Below are positions 43,391 through 54,284 of a stretch of 64,000 bases of DNA, in pieces (within the stretch, counting starts at the first letter, position 1; each line of letters opens with the position of its first letter). The DNA is taken from contig CAWKDC010000001.1 in the NCBI GenBank assembly GCA_963848305.1, forward strand, positions 480,001 to 544,000. The letters are read 5' to 3'. The position numbers and the translations under genes are program-made. Below the pieces are notes generated by a model. That model was given only the letters and a program-made list of their open reading frames with translations, was not told the DNA's origin and made no database searches. This stretch comes from an uncultured Gammaproteobacteria bacterium. Its GTDB lineage: Bacteria; Pseudomonadota; Gammaproteobacteria; JABCZS01.

Positions 43391-44441
43391 ACTGTGCAGC
43401 CACTAACGCCGTCGCGTCTTTTTGCTGCAAAGCACGCGCAGCACTCGCGCGTGTTAACAAAACCGCCCTGTCGCTCATGTGCTTATTCAAATGCTGAGCC
43501 AAGCCTTGAGGAGTAAGTTGTGACTGTTGAATCATCCATGCACTCTGCGCATCCACCAAAGCCCGTCCATTGTACGTTTGATGGTCATCGACCGCTAGGG
43601 GGTAAGGAATCAAAAGTGCAGGCAATCCTGCTGCAATCAGTTCTGCGATGGTTAATGCCCCTGCGCGACAAATCACGACATCCGCCCAAGCATACGCCTC
43701 AGCCATGTTATCGATGAACGGCACCACGCGACCCTTCACCCCGAGAGATTCGTATAAAGCTTGCGTGGGTTCGCTGTGCTGTGCACCCGCCTGATGCCAC
43801 ACATCGAAGTGCGTGTCAGGCAGCAGTGCCAATGCCTTAGGAACTGTTTCATTGATGACTTGCGCGCCCAGGCTTCCGCCCAGAACAAGAAGCCGCAATG
43901 GGCCAGTACGCTCAGCATAGCGTTGCTCCGGCATGGGTAAAAAGACGATGTCGGCACGCACAGGATTCCCTGTCGTATGCACATGTTTGCCTTTGAGGGT
44001 ATTTGGAAAGGATTCACACACTGCATTCGCAATGGGTGCTAAGAGACGATTGGTCATGCCAGCAATCGCGTTTTGTTCGTGGATCACCAAGGGGATACCC
44101 AATATGCGGGCCGCGACGCCGCCAGGGCCAGTGACATATCCCCCCATACCCAAAACAACATCAGGTTGTTCGGATTTTAAAACACGAATGGCTTCTCTGA
44201 CAGCGGTGATCAATCGTTGTGGCGCCGTTAACCATGAGCGCCAGCCCTTACCTCGCAAACCTTGGATCGGGATAAAATCAATGGGAAAACCATGCGCAGG
44301 AACAAGCTTTGTTTCAAGGCCCTTTTCTGTCCCGACCCAACGCACAGTCCATCCACGTTGCGACAGATAGGCTGCGATAGCAAGGGCTGGAAAAATATGG
44401 CCGCCGGTTCCGCCCGCCATGATGGTTAATTTTTTCGACAT
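43368..44441 (-). CDS. murG: Undecaprenyl-PP-MurNAc-pentapeptide GlcNAc transferase
   Basis: AGGTGGHIFP, HEQN, GGSLGA, CRAGALT. Confidence 0.97.
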   Translation of the reverse strand: MSKKLTIMAGGTGGHIFPALAIAAYLSQRGWTVRWVGTEKGLETKLVPAHGFPIDFIPIQGLRGKGWRSWLTAPQRLITAVREAIRVLKSEQPDVVLGMGGYVTGPGGVAARILGIPLVIHEQNAIAGMTNRLLAPIANAVCESFPNTLKGKHVHTTGNPVRADIVFLPMPEQRYAERTGPLRLLVLGGSLGAQVINETVPKALALLPDTHFDVWHQAGAQHSEPTQALYESLGVKGRVVPFIDNMAEAYAWADVVICRAGALTIAELIAAGLPALLIPYPLAVDDHQTYNGRALVDAQSAWMIQQSQLTPQGLAQHLNKHMSDRAVLLTRASAARALQQKDATALVAAQCEEVRNV

Positions 44442-44454
44442 CGATATACCTCTC

Positions 44455-45549
44455 TTACAGTTCACGGTTCACCCGTAATAATATGGCAACCGCGGTCAAA
44501 AAGACAATCAGACTGGAGCCACCATAACTGACGAGCGGCAACGTTAAGCCTTTTGTCGGCAACATGCCAATATTCACGCCCATCGCAATCAGTGCTTGCA
44601 AACAAATCCAGAGTGTTAAGCCAAACGCCAAATAAGCGTGAAACATTTTACCTACTTTCGATGCTTGGAATGTTAAACAAAAACCATAAAATCCGAATAA
44701 GACATACACCAGCAATACACCTGCCGCTCCAACAAACCCCAGCTCTTCGGCAATCACCGCAAAAATAAAATCGGTGTGTGCTTCTGGCAAATAAAATAAT
44801 TTTTGAACGCTCGCGCCTAATCCTAATCCAAACCATTCTCCGCGTCCAAAGGCAATCAATGCTTGTGTGAGTTGATATCCGCCATCAAATTGATCTGCCC
44901 AAGGATTTAAAAAACTGGTGATGCGTTGCAAACGGTAAGGGGCTGAGATCGCCAATAAGGCCAATACGCTGCCTGCCAATCCAATCAATGCAGCGACCGT
45001 CCACCAAGGAATGCCCGCTATAAAAAACATTCCTAACACACACGCCATTAACACAACCACCGCACCAAAATCAGGTTGACATAAAATCAACACGCATGAA
45101 GCAGTTAAGGGTAAAAGCCCAAGCAAAAGTGGTTTCAGTTGCGTGCGCAAGACCTTTTGATATTGTGCACAGTAAAAGGCAAAATAAATCATCAAAGCTA
45201 ATTTCGCCAATTCGGAGACTTGAATGTTGACAGGCCCCAGTTTGATCCAGCGTAAACTGCCGTTCACTTTATGCCCGATGCCTGGAATCAATAAGATGAT
45301 CAATGCGAGAAAAGCAAATCCCAGCAAGGGTCTCGCGAAACGTTCCCATACCTGAATCGGTACGTGATACACCAACCCCGCAATCAATAAGCCCATCGAA
45401 AGAAAAGCGACTTGACGGACAAGGTAGTAGAAAGGATCACCTGCACGTGCAGTGGCAATGGCAATGGAACTCGAGCCGACCATCACGATACCGATGGATA
45501 CCAATATGGCACTTAGCCAAAATAGTTTCATTCCCAAATATCGTTGCAT
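44455..45549 (-). CDS. ftsW: Peptidoglycan glycosyltransferase FtsW
   Basis: QPDFG, LPEAHTDFIF, LPLVSYGGSS. Confidence 0.96.
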   Translation of the reverse strand: MQRYLGMKLFWLSAILVSIGIVMVGSSSIAIATARAGDPFYYLVRQVAFLSMGLLIAGLVYHVPIQVWERFARPLLGFAFLALIILLIPGIGHKVNGSLRWIKLGPVNIQVSELAKLALMIYFAFYCAQYQKVLRTQLKPLLLGLLPLTASCVLILCQPDFGAVVVLMACVLGMFFIAGIPWWTVAALIGLAGSVLALLAISAPYRLQRITSFLNPWADQFDGGYQLTQALIAFGRGEWFGLGLGASVQKLFYLPEAHTDFIFAVIAEELGFVGAAGVLLVYVLFGFYGFCLTFQASKVGKMFHAYLAFGLTLWICLQALIAMGVNIGMLPTKGLTLPLVSYGGSSLIVFLTAVAILLRVNREL

Positions 45550-45551
45550 GT

Positions 45552-46856
45552 TTAAATGATCTCCTTGACCATGGCGGTGAACTGATCGCCTCGATCTGCA
45601 TAGCCTTTAAACATATCGAAACTGGCACAAGCAGGCGCCAGCAAGACGGCGTCATTCGGTTGCGCATGCTCTTGCGACATCAATACTGCTTCTTTCAAAG
45701 AAGAGGCACGCAGACAAGGCAATGTGTCTTTTAATTCATCAGACAATTGATCAGCTGCTTCGCCAATCAATATCGCGACACGACCGCGAGACGACAGCGA
45801 TGATTGTAATGACGTGAAAGAAGCGCCCTTTCCTAATCCGCCCAAAATGATCACTATTTTGCCTGTCACCAATTTAGACACACTGTCAATGGAAGCGATC
45901 GTTGCGCCCACATTGGTGGCTTTAGAATCGTCGTACCATTTGACATGATTTTTCTCTTTCACCAAAACCAATCGGTGAGGGAGACCCTGAAATTCGCAAG
46001 CCGCTTTGAATGACTTGTCTGTATCAAAGCCTGCGCACTGCATGATTGCCAGCGCCGCCATCACATTTGCATAATGAATATCGGCATGAATCGGTAATGC
46101 GGATACGGGATATTGTTTATCGTGATAACGTAAGTATTCACCATCATAATGCCATATATGTTTGTTCTGGGATGTTAATGAAAAAAAGACTGCATCGGGG
46201 CGATCAACATGAGTCGCCAGATCATCCGCATTACAGACGACATGGTCAGCGCCATCATAAATATGCTGCTTAGACAGTGTATATGCCTCCATGGTGTGAT
46301 GTCGATCCAGGTGATCCGGCGTGATATTCAAAATGCACGCCACTGTTGGGTGCAGCCCTGTGGTGATATCCAGTTGAAAACTGGACAGCTCTAAAACGGC
46401 GCAATCATAAGGGTTGACCAATCCATCCAATACAGGTGTGCCAATATTCCCGAGTAACGCGGGGCGTAAACCCTGAGCGGCCACCATTTTTTCGAGTAAC
46501 GTCACGACGGTACTTTTACCGTTCGATCCTGTCACAGCCAACACAGGCTTTATGTTATGTTGTGCAAATAAAGTCACATCACCTGTGATGTGAACACCAC
46601 AGTGTTTGGCTTTCAATACGTTAGGGTGATCGAGCGGAATACCCGGGCTTAAGACCCACAGGGGAATATTGAATGTGTCGGGTGGAAGATTATCCCCTTG
46701 CCATATTGTGATTTCAGGGAATGATGCGCGAAAAGTAGCGGGATTTGCGCTGGCTTCAGGTTCCCACGCAACACAAGACTGCCCCATGCGCGCACAAAAA
46801 CGTGCGATAGATGAACCGGTTTGTCCGAGACCGACGATGAGTGTGTGTATGTGCAT
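45552..46856 (-). CDS. murD: UDP-MurNAc-L-Ala--D-glutamate ligase
   Basis: TGSNGKSTV, ELSSFQL, DDSKATN, PACASFDMF. Confidence 0.97.
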   Translation of the reverse strand: MHIHTLIVGLGQTGSSIARFCARMGQSCVAWEPEASANPATFRASFPEITIWQGDNLPPDTFNIPLWVLSPGIPLDHPNVLKAKHCGVHITGDVTLFAQHNIKPVLAVTGSNGKSTVVTLLEKMVAAQGLRPALLGNIGTPVLDGLVNPYDCAVLELSSFQLDITTGLHPTVACILNITPDHLDRHHTMEAYTLSKQHIYDGADHVVCNADDLATHVDRPDAVFFSLTSQNKHIWHYDGEYLRYHDKQYPVSALPIHADIHYANVMAALAIMQCAGFDTDKSFKAACEFQGLPHRLVLVKEKNHVKWYDDSKATNVGATIASIDSVSKLVTGKIVIILGGLGKGASFTSLQSSLSSRGRVAILIGEAADQLSDELKDTLPCLRASSLKEAVLMSQEHAQPNDAVLLAPACASFDMFKGYADRGDQFTAMVKEII

Positions 46857-46884
46857 GTATGAAATCCTCCGCGCCTACGGCGCA

Positions 46885-46908
46885 TGGGCGGCAGTACCCG
46901 CCCCTACA
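46885..46908. repeat. REP-like GTAGGGGCGGG palindrome between mraY and murD
   Basis: tgggcggcagtacccgcccctaca. Confidence 0.55.
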
Positions 46909-46913
46909 TGTTA

Positions 46914-47996
46914 TTAACGCAGTTTTAATGTGGCTAAACTCAGCAACATGAGTATCACCGAGATAATCCAAAATCGAACAATCACTTTCGTTTCAGGCCA
47001 GCCTTTTAATTCAAAATGATGGTGTATTGGAGCCATGCGAAACACACGTTTGCCACGTGTTTTAAAAGAACCGACTTGAATCATGACAGACAATGTTTCA
47101 ATCACAAACACTCCGCCCATGATGATCAACAATAATTCTTGACGCACAATCACAGCCATCACACCCAACACTGCGCCGAGCGACAATGAACCCACATCGC
47201 CCATAAAGACTTCCGCAGGATAAGCATTGAACCATAAAAATCCAAGCCCCGCGCCCACCAATGCTGCCGCATAGACAGTGACTTCACCACTGCCCACCAC
47301 AAAAGGGAAACCTAAATATTCCGCAAAATTCGCATGACCGAGCACATATGCAAAAACGCCCAGCGTCGCTGCACATAACACCACAGGCACAATCGCAAGG
47401 CCATCCAAACCATCCGTTAAATTCACGGCATTCGAACTACCCACCAATACAAAATACACGAAAGGAATATAACCCCAGCCTAATGACCATTCAAAGGATT
47501 TGAAAAAAGGTGCGATTAATGTGAGTTCTTCGGGTGATGTGGCTGTGAAAAATAAAATAACACCAATCAATAAACCTGCAGCCGATTGCCAGCCATATTT
47601 TTCTCTACTTGACAATCCTTTGCTGTTTTTCAAAATCAATTTGCGATAATCATCCACAAAGCCAATCGCTGCGAATAACCACAATGTGAGCAATGAAATC
47701 CAGATATATCGGTTGGTTAAATCGGCCCACAATAATGTGGACACCGTGAGCGCCCCCACCATCAACACGCCCCCCATGGTGGGCGTGCCGGATTTCACAT
47801 GATGCGTAGCCGGGCCATCTGTTCGAATTTGTTGACCGATTTTGTAGCTTTGCAAGAACGCGATGAGACGCGGACCCAAGCTCAACGCAATGGCCAATGA
47901 AGTCAGTGCTGCCATCAGTGTGCGAAACGTAATGTAATGAACAACTTGAAACGGTTGCCAGAAGGGCTCTAAATATTCAAACAGCCAAATGAGCAT
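46914..47996 (-). CDS. mraY: Phospho-N-acetylmuramoyl-pentapeptide transferase
   Basis: [35 protein letters not shown]. Confidence 0.98.
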   Translation of the reverse strand: MLIWLFEYLEPFWQPFQVVHYITFRTLMAALTSLAIALSLGPRLIAFLQSYKIGQQIRTDGPATHHVKSGTPTMGGVLMVGALTVSTLLWADLTNRYIWISLLTLWLFAAIGFVDDYRKLILKNSKGLSSREKYGWQSAAGLLIGVILFFTATSPEELTLIAPFFKSFEWSLGWGYIPFVYFVLVGSSNAVNLTDGLDGLAIVPVVLCAATLGVFAYVLGHANFAEYLGFPFVVGSGEVTVYAAALVGAGLGFLWFNAYPAEVFMGDVGSLSLGAVLGVMAVIVRQELLLIIMGGVFVIETLSVMIQVGSFKTRGKRVFRMAPIHHHFELKGWPETKVIVRFWIISVILMLLSLATLKLR

Positions 47997-48019
47997 CACA
48001 CTCTCCTTGTACTCAAATC

Positions 48020-49342
48020 CTACTTTAATGCCTCGACCACGGTTTCCAAACGGTTCGCGCGAGACCCTTTAATCAACACAATCATGTTGTCATGCAACAA
48101 CGGGCGCAATGCCGACACCAACGCTTCTTTATCGTCGAAATGTCTGGCGCCTTCGCCAAATGCAGACAACGTCAACTTTGACTTTTCACCCACGGCGAAA
48201 ATATGATCAATGCCCAGTTCACGTGCCTTTTCACCGACTTGACGGTGATGGAGGTCTGTTTCATCTCCCAGCTCTTTCATGTCCCCAAACACCCAGACTT
48301 TCTCCCCGGGATAGGTAGCTAAAATATCCAAGGCGGCTGACACGCTCAACGGCCCAGCATTATAACAGTCATCTATCAGTGTAGCCTGATTATGGCCTGT
48401 TAAAATATTCATACGCCGCCCTGTCGGCACGGTACGCGCAATTCCTGCCTTGATGAAATTCACAGGAACGCCCACCACGATCGCCAAAGCTGCCGCGGCA
48501 GCCGCATTATAAACATTATGACGACCCACGAGAGATGTTTCGATGGCGATCGGGCCATCAGGACACATGAACACAGCCTTACCGCCCGTGCGAGACAATT
48601 CAAGATCGGTGATCACCAAATCAGCATCTGGTGAAAACCCGAAACTGAATTGATTGCAGTCGATAGATTCGTGCCACATCGGATAATATTGATCATCGCG
48701 AGGCAATACAGCTGTGCCTCCTGGCATGACGCCTGAATAGATTGCCCCTTTCTCGCGGGCAATATTATCAACAGATCCAAAACCTTCTGTGTGTTGGGCT
48801 GCAACGAGGGTGATCAAGGCTGCATCGGGTTTCGCAATGGCACTGAGACGCGCTATTTCCCCTAATTGATTTGCGCCCATTTCGATCACAGCGAAACGGT
48901 GTTCTGGCTTCAAAGCCAGCAGCGTTTGAGGCACACCGATTTCATTATTCAGATTGCCTTTTGTCGCCAGTGTCGGCGCAAACAACCCGCAGATGTGTGC
49001 CAAATATTCTTTTGTGGTTGTTTTGCCACAACTGCCGGTCAATGCAATGACTTTCGCGTTCATCTTTAAGCGATGAGCTTGTGCAATTTTCCCATAAGCC
49101 GCCAGTGTGTTTTCAACCTCGATTTGTGGCAAATCGATCGGTAGTTTTCTGGAAACGATGGCGACCGATGCGCCTAGCGATTTGGCTTGCGAGACAAAAT
49201 CATGTCCATCGAATTGCTCGCCGATCAGTGCAACAAATACATCTCCAGGCAGCAAAGTACGCGTGTCTGTGGAAATATTGACGGTGTGATCGGGCGTTAA
49301 AAGATTCAACCCAAATAAACTGTATATCGCTGAAAGTTTCAT
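48020..49342 (-). CDS. murF: UDP-MurNAc-tripeptide--D-Ala-D-Ala ligase
   Basis: [27 protein letters not shown]. Confidence 0.96.
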   Translation of the reverse strand: MKLSAIYSLFGLNLLTPDHTVNISTDTRTLLPGDVFVALIGEQFDGHDFVSQAKSLGASVAIVSRKLPIDLPQIEVENTLAAYGKIAQAHRLKMNAKVIALTGSCGKTTTKEYLAHICGLFAPTLATKGNLNNEIGVPQTLLALKPEHRFAVIEMGANQLGEIARLSAIAKPDAALITLVAAQHTEGFGSVDNIAREKGAIYSGVMPGGTAVLPRDDQYYPMWHESIDCNQFSFGFSPDADLVITDLELSRTGGKAVFMCPDGPIAIETSLVGRHNVYNAAAAAALAIVVGVPVNFIKAGIARTVPTGRRMNILTGHNQATLIDDCYNAGPLSVSAALDILATYPGEKVWVFGDMKELGDETDLHHRQVGEKARELGIDHIFAVGEKSKLTLSAFGEGARHFDDKEALVSALRPLLHDNMIVLIKGSRANRLETVVEALK

Positions 49343-50796
49343 GTGGCATTTCTCCGTGTCTCGAGGGCGCGACGTGCAATGTCTTGGTCCGAAAAAGGCA
49401 TAGAAACACCCGCAATGATTTGGGTTTTTTCATGGCCTTTTCCAGCCAGCAAAATCGTATCATCTAATCCGGCGTTCGCAATGGCGTACTCAATGGCTTG
49501 GGCGCGATCTAAAATCACATCAACACTCACCCCTTTGGGAATGCCTGCCAACACCATATCAGCAATCGCTTGGGGGGATTCATCACGCGCATTGTCGGTC
49601 GTGATGATCACGTGATCAGCATGTGATGCGGCAATCTCCCCCATGATGGGACGTTTGGTGGCATCTCGACTGCCCCCACATCCAAAAACGCACCAACATT
49701 TTCCTAGCACAGTGGGATGCAATGCAATCAACGCTTTCAACAATGCATCAGGGGTATGGGCAAAATCGACAATCACGCGGGGCTCACCGGGTTGAGAAAC
49801 ACACTCCAATCGGCCCGGAATATCTTTCACGCGCGCAGCAACCGTCGCCAAAACGTTCAATGCAAAACCGTCCACACGCAATGCGCCTATCATGGCCAAT
49901 AAATTAGACAAGTTGAAATCACCAATTAATAAAGGTGAAAAATGAACGCATTGATCGCCCTCTTGAAGCTCAAAGCCGTTGTCCTGCCTGATGGCACTGA
50001 TGATGCTATCGCAGCGTGGGTGTGTTTTTTGCAATCGCGTATAGCCAATCACTTTTTTATGAGGAGAAATGCGCGGCAATTGTTCACGGCACCATTCGTC
50101 ATCTAAATTAATCACGACGGTTTCAACAGAAGGCATTTGATAGAGACGCGCCTTTGCTTCACCATACGCTTCACGCGTGTGATGATAATCAAGGTGATCT
50201 TGCGTTAAATTCGTGAATATGGCCACATGAATCTCAGTGGCTCGCAAGCGGCCTTGATCCAGCGCATGGGATGATGCTTCCATGACCACTGTCTCCATAC
50301 CCTGTGCAACCATCTCGGCCAATAAGCGCGTGAGGGTGCAAGGATCAGGGGTAGTCAGCGGGTTATCCACCAAGTGGTCGAGCGTGCCAATGCCAATCGT
50401 GCCTATCATGGCGACTGGCACATCCAGGGCACGGTACATTTGGTTCAATCCGTGTGCTATCGATGATTTCCCATTCGTTCCTGTCACGGCAACGACATGC
50501 ACATGACCACTGGGATGATTGTAAAATTGATCAGCTAATTCGGGCAGCTGATCTGCCAGATGGGCTACTTTAAAAACAGGGATGTTGATTTGATGTAATA
50601 CGTCGGTTTGTGCTTGCGTTAAGCCCTCAGGATCCATCAACAGAGCAGATGCCCCTCGAGAAATAGCTTCTTTGATGAAATCGCGACCATCACTCTGCGC
50701 GCCCAGGTAAGCCACAAAAGCATCCCCCGCGACGACACGCGACGCATGTTGGCATAAGCCAGTCACACCGGCCATTCGAAGTTGTGATGTCAGCAC
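49339..50796 (-). CDS. murE: UDP-MurNAc-dipeptide--meso-DAP ligase
   Basis: TGTNGKSS, EASSHAL, DFAHTPDAL, DNAR, AGKGHE. Confidence 0.96.
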   Translation of the reverse strand: MLTSQLRMAGVTGLCQHASRVVAGDAFVAYLGAQSDGRDFIKEAISRGASALLMDPEGLTQAQTDVLHQINIPVFKVAHLADQLPELADQFYNHPSGHVHVVAVTGTNGKSSIAHGLNQMYRALDVPVAMIGTIGIGTLDHLVDNPLTTPDPCTLTRLLAEMVAQGMETVVMEASSHALDQGRLRATEIHVAIFTNLTQDHLDYHHTREAYGEAKARLYQMPSVETVVINLDDEWCREQLPRISPHKKVIGYTRLQKTHPRCDSIISAIRQDNGFELQEGDQCVHFSPLLIGDFNLSNLLAMIGALRVDGFALNVLATVAARVKDIPGRLECVSQPGEPRVIVDFAHTPDALLKALIALHPTVLGKCWCVFGCGGSRDATKRPIMGEIAASHADHVIITTDNARDESPQAIADMVLAGIPKGVSVDVILDRAQAIEYAIANAGLDDTILLAGKGHEKTQIIAGVSMPFSDQDIARRALETRRNAT

Positions 50797-50801
50797 GTTA
50801 T

Positions 50802-52484
50802 TTACCCCCGCACATCATAACCGGTTTCGTCATCCAACGGAACATCTCTCAATCGCAATGCATCATTCATGATCCGCCCAAACACCGGGGCTGACACTGC
50901 TCCACCATAATATTGGCCTGAAGCCGGATCATCCATCACCACCACGCACACTAACCGAGGGGCTGTGGCGGGCGCAAAGCCCACAAAGGTCGCCAAGTGG
51001 TGATCTTCCATATAACCATTCGGGCCTAATTTTCGAACGGTGCCGGATTTGCCTGCGACATGATAACCGGGCACGCGTGCAGCATCACCTGACCCGCCAT
51101 CTTTAGGATAGATTGTTAGCATACGGTGCAAAGTGGTGATCTCATCGGCTGTCATCACACGCTCTGAGACAGGTTTGCCGCTTCGCTTGAGCAATGTGAA
51201 AGGAACATACTCGCCTTCATTCGCAATGATCGCATACGCTTTGGCTAATTGTATGGCGGTCGTTGACACACCATAGCCGAATGCCAATGTGGCGTAAGCG
51301 AAAGGATCAAGCGTGCGGCTTGCTTCTAAATATCCGCTCCGCTCTCCTGGAAATTCTAAATAAGTGGATTGCCCAAAACCCAAATCTTGATAAAGCTTGA
51401 TCAAGGATTTTTGAGGTTCAGGTAAAATAATTTTGGCAATACCGACATTACTGGATTTACGCAACACATCCGTCAGTGTGAGTTCGCCAAAATTACGGAT
51501 ATCCCGTACCAATCGACCATTCACATTCCAATATCCCGGTGAGGTATTAATCATCGTATCGGGTTTGACATGTCCCGCGCGCAATGCGACCAGGGCTGCA
51601 AAAGGTTTGGCGACTGAACCAGGTTCAAACACGTCGGTCACCGCGCGATTCCGCATATTGGCTGTCACAAAATTTTCCCTGTTATTGGGATTATAAGAAG
51701 GCTGATTCACCATGGCCAACACTTCACCGGTTTTAATGTCTACGATCACGACACTACCACCCACTGCTTGATTCTCTTTCACTGCATTTTTCAATTCGCG
51801 ATACGCGATGTATTGCAAACGATTATCGATAGACAACGCCAAGGGTTTACCAGGATCCGTCTGTTTGATCAAAGCTAAATCCTCAATGATATGACCCCGT
51901 TGATCTTTCAACACTTCAATCTTGCCATCGTGTCCTTTCAAATGGTGATCAAACGCGAGCTCAATGCCTTCTTGTCCAACACCATCCACATTGACCAGTC
52001 CGACAACATGGGCTGCGGCTTCACCCATGGGATAATATCGACGGTATTCACGCTGGGCATTAACACCGGGCACCGATAAACTCAACACTTGTTCTGCCGC
52101 TTGAGGACTTAATTGCCGTTTCAAATAGACAAATTCTTTGCCTTTTGCTTGTTGCATCCGCTTATTGATGTCTGCGACAGACAATCCCAACACAGCAGCT
52201 AGTTGTGAACGTTGAACAATCGTCGCAGATTCAAACAAGGGAGGATTGATCCAAATGGAATCAACCGGTGTACTGACAGCCAGGGGTTCACCCAAACGAT
52301 CGGTGATGATGCCACGCAATGCATTGAGCGTGACTTGACGCACGCTGCGCATGTCGCCTTGATCTTGAAGAAAGTCTTGCTTCATGACCTGCAGATAGAT
52401 CATGCGTCCCAACACACCCATGCACAAAGATGCGCCACTGACCACCATGATCACGATCAGCCGTGACTTTATTGTTCCACCCAC
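50802..52484 (-). CDS. ftsI: Penicillin-binding protein 3
   Basis: EPGSVAK (SxxK), SSN, KSG; position in the dcw cluster. Confidence 0.96.
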   Translation of the reverse strand: MGGTIKSRLIVIMVVSGASLCMGVLGRMIYLQVMKQDFLQDQGDMRSVRQVTLNALRGIITDRLGEPLAVSTPVDSIWINPPLFESATIVQRSQLAAVLGLSVADINKRMQQAKGKEFVYLKRQLSPQAAEQVLSLSVPGVNAQREYRRYYPMGEAAAHVVGLVNVDGVGQEGIELAFDHHLKGHDGKIEVLKDQRGHIIEDLALIKQTDPGKPLALSIDNRLQYIAYRELKNAVKENQAVGGSVVIVDIKTGEVLAMVNQPSYNPNNRENFVTANMRNRAVTDVFEPGSVAKPFAALVALRAGHVKPDTMINTSPGYWNVNGRLVRDIRNFGELTLTDVLRKSSNVGIAKIILPEPQKSLIKLYQDLGFGQSTYLEFPGERSGYLEASRTLDPFAYATLAFGYGVSTTAIQLAKAYAIIANEGEYVPFTLLKRSGKPVSERVMTADEITTLHRMLTIYPKDGGSGDAARVPGYHVAGKSGTVRKLGPNGYMEDHHLATFVGFAPATAPRLVCVVVMDDPASGQYYGGAVSAPVFGRIMNDALRLRDVPLDDETGYDVRG

Positions 52485-52777
52485 ACAACCTCGCTTCTCT
52501 CAGGTGGACGCATGTGGAGAGAATGTTGCGCAATATAATCAATACGACCTTCAGCACTCAAGGTGCTGCGTTCAAGCAAAAGTTGCGTCCATTCAATGTT
52601 CATTTCGTCTCTGAGGGCTTGTAATTGATGCCATTCATTAAACATTTCACGGGTTGAATGTCTCACGTAGACAATCCCGAGACTACTTAATACCATGCTG
52701 AATAACAACACACCCAGCACTGTTCTCAGCTGCCAGCTGTATTGATTCGATTGTTTATCGCTTGCTGCTTTTCTCAT
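52469..52777 (-). CDS. ftsL: Cell division protein FtsL
   Basis: TM plus coiled coil EWTQLLLERSTL; between rsmH and ftsI. Confidence 0.9.
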   Translation of the reverse strand: MRKAASDKQSNQYSWQLRTVLGVLLFSMVLSSLGIVYVRHSTREMFNEWHQLQALRDEMNIEWTQLLLERSTLSAEGRIDYIAQHSLHMRPPERSEVVWVEQ

Positions 52778-53706
52778 TAACATTTTTCCGCTACCCGCAA
52801 AATTGCACTGCGTGAACGCGCATTCTGTGCGATTTCTGCTTCTGTTGCCTTTATTTTACCCAACAATGTAATGATACCTTTTGGACGATTCCCACGATAG
52901 GGAATAATGCCCTGAGGTTCTTCACCCATCGAGGCTTCTTTCAATGTTTGCTTGACCATACGATCTTCTAACGAATGAAAACTGATCACCACCAAACGCC
53001 CGCCAGATTTTAACGCATTTATCGCTTCGGTGAGGGCTTTTTTTAAATCATCTAATTCTTGATTCACGACAATGCGAACGGCTTGAAATGTACGCGTTGC
53101 AAAATGCTTGTTTTTTTCTTTGAACGGGATCGCTTTTTCGATCACATCGACCAATGCTTGCGTGGTTTGAATGGGTGATGTTGCACGCACTTCAACGATC
53201 TTGCGAGCAATGCGTGTGGCAAAACGTTCTTCACCATACACTTTCAATGCATGTGCAATGTCTGCTTCGCTGGCGTGATGTAACCATTCTGCGGCCGTCA
53301 TGCCGCGCGTTGTGTCCATGCGCATGTCAAGCGGGCCGTTTCTCATGAAACTGAAACCGCGCGCAGGATTGTCGAGTTGAGGCGACGATACGCCGAGATC
53401 AAATAATACGCCATCGACCAAATGAAAGTGGTTCGTGTCTAAAGCTTCTCGTATGTTTTTAAAGGAGCCGTGATAAATCTCGATGGGTAATCCGCTGTCT
53501 TTCAATGCTTGTGCGCTCGCAATGGCTTCGGGATCTTTGTCGATCACCAGCAAACGACCTGTCTTCAACAAACTGGCGATGGCACGTGCATGCCCACCGC
53601 GTCCAAACGTCGCGTCGACGTACTCCCCCTCAGGTGCCACCTTCAAAGCGTCAATCGCTTCGACTGGCATCACACTGGCATGTGCTACAGTTTCAACCCT
53701 TTCCAT
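52777..53706 (-). CDS. rsmH: 16S rRNA m4C1402 methyltransferase
   Basis: DATFGRGGH, DLGVSSPQLD, PLDMRMD, FHSLEDR. Confidence 0.97.
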   Translation of the reverse strand: MERVETVAHASVMPVEAIDALKVAPEGEYVDATFGRGGHARAIASLLKTGRLLVIDKDPEAIASAQALKDSGLPIEIYHGSFKNIREALDTNHFHLVDGVLFDLGVSSPQLDNPARGFSFMRNGPLDMRMDTTRGMTAAEWLHHASEADIAHALKVYGEERFATRIARKIVEVRATSPIQTTQALVDVIEKAIPFKEKNKHFATRTFQAVRIVVNQELDDLKKALTEAINALKSGGRLVVISFHSLEDRMVKQTLKEASMGEEPQGIIPYRGNRPKGIITLLGKIKATEAEIAQNARSRSAILRVAEKC

Positions 53707-54128
53707 ACTTCACCTTCCGCTGTTTTTTCCAGCGATTTGAAATGCTGCCCTTCTTGCTGCCAGGCCAAGTCATCCCATAACTCAAACTTCTGTCCCAAGC
53801 CAACCCAAATCACTTCGCGTTGCAAGCGCGCATAGTCACACAAAACCTTAGGAATAAGCAAGCGCCCCTGTGCATCCAATGTCACAGAGGTAGCATTCCC
53901 AACCAGCCAACGTTGCAATGCCCTGACGTCTTTATCGACGTTGGGCAAATCTAAGATGGCTCTTTCTATCCCTTCCCAAACGGACAAGGGATACCCCAGT
54001 AGGCAAGGTTCGTGGATATCGAGGGTAATGATCCATTCGCTGCAAGGCACATCTGCACGTACTTTTGCCGGGACGAGTAAACGCCCTTTTGCATCCAACG
54101 TGACCGTATGCGCACCTCTTAACACCAT
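53685..54128 (-). CDS. mraZ: Transcriptional regulator MraZ
   Basis: Two LDxxGRLLxP repeats; first gene of the dcw cluster. Confidence 0.95.
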   Translation of the reverse strand: MVLRGAHTVTLDAKGRLLVPAKVRADVPCSEWIITLDIHEPCLLGYPLSVWEGIERAILDLPNVDKDVRALQRWLVGNATSVTLDAQGRLLIPKVLCDYARLQREVIWVGLGQKFELWDDLAWQQEGQHFKSLEKTAEGEVWKGLKL

Positions 54129-54130
54129 AC

Positions 54131-54160
54131 CCCTCCACTTTTTACCACTTTTTACCACTG
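54131..54160 (-). promoter_or_regulatory. MraZ-binding repeats (3 x GTGG at 10-bp period)
   Basis: Minus strand agtggtaaaaagtggtaaaaagtggaggg immediately before the mraZ start. Confidence 0.8.
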
Positions 54161-54284
54161 GTATGGATAAGCTTGGTTGGCAAACTGACGATTGTCAAGT
54201 CGATACTAAAATTTATCGTAAACCATTTGCCTAGTGTGCAGTAACGTGGTAGTTTGTAAGAAGGCTTTAAGAAGGATATTGAAG

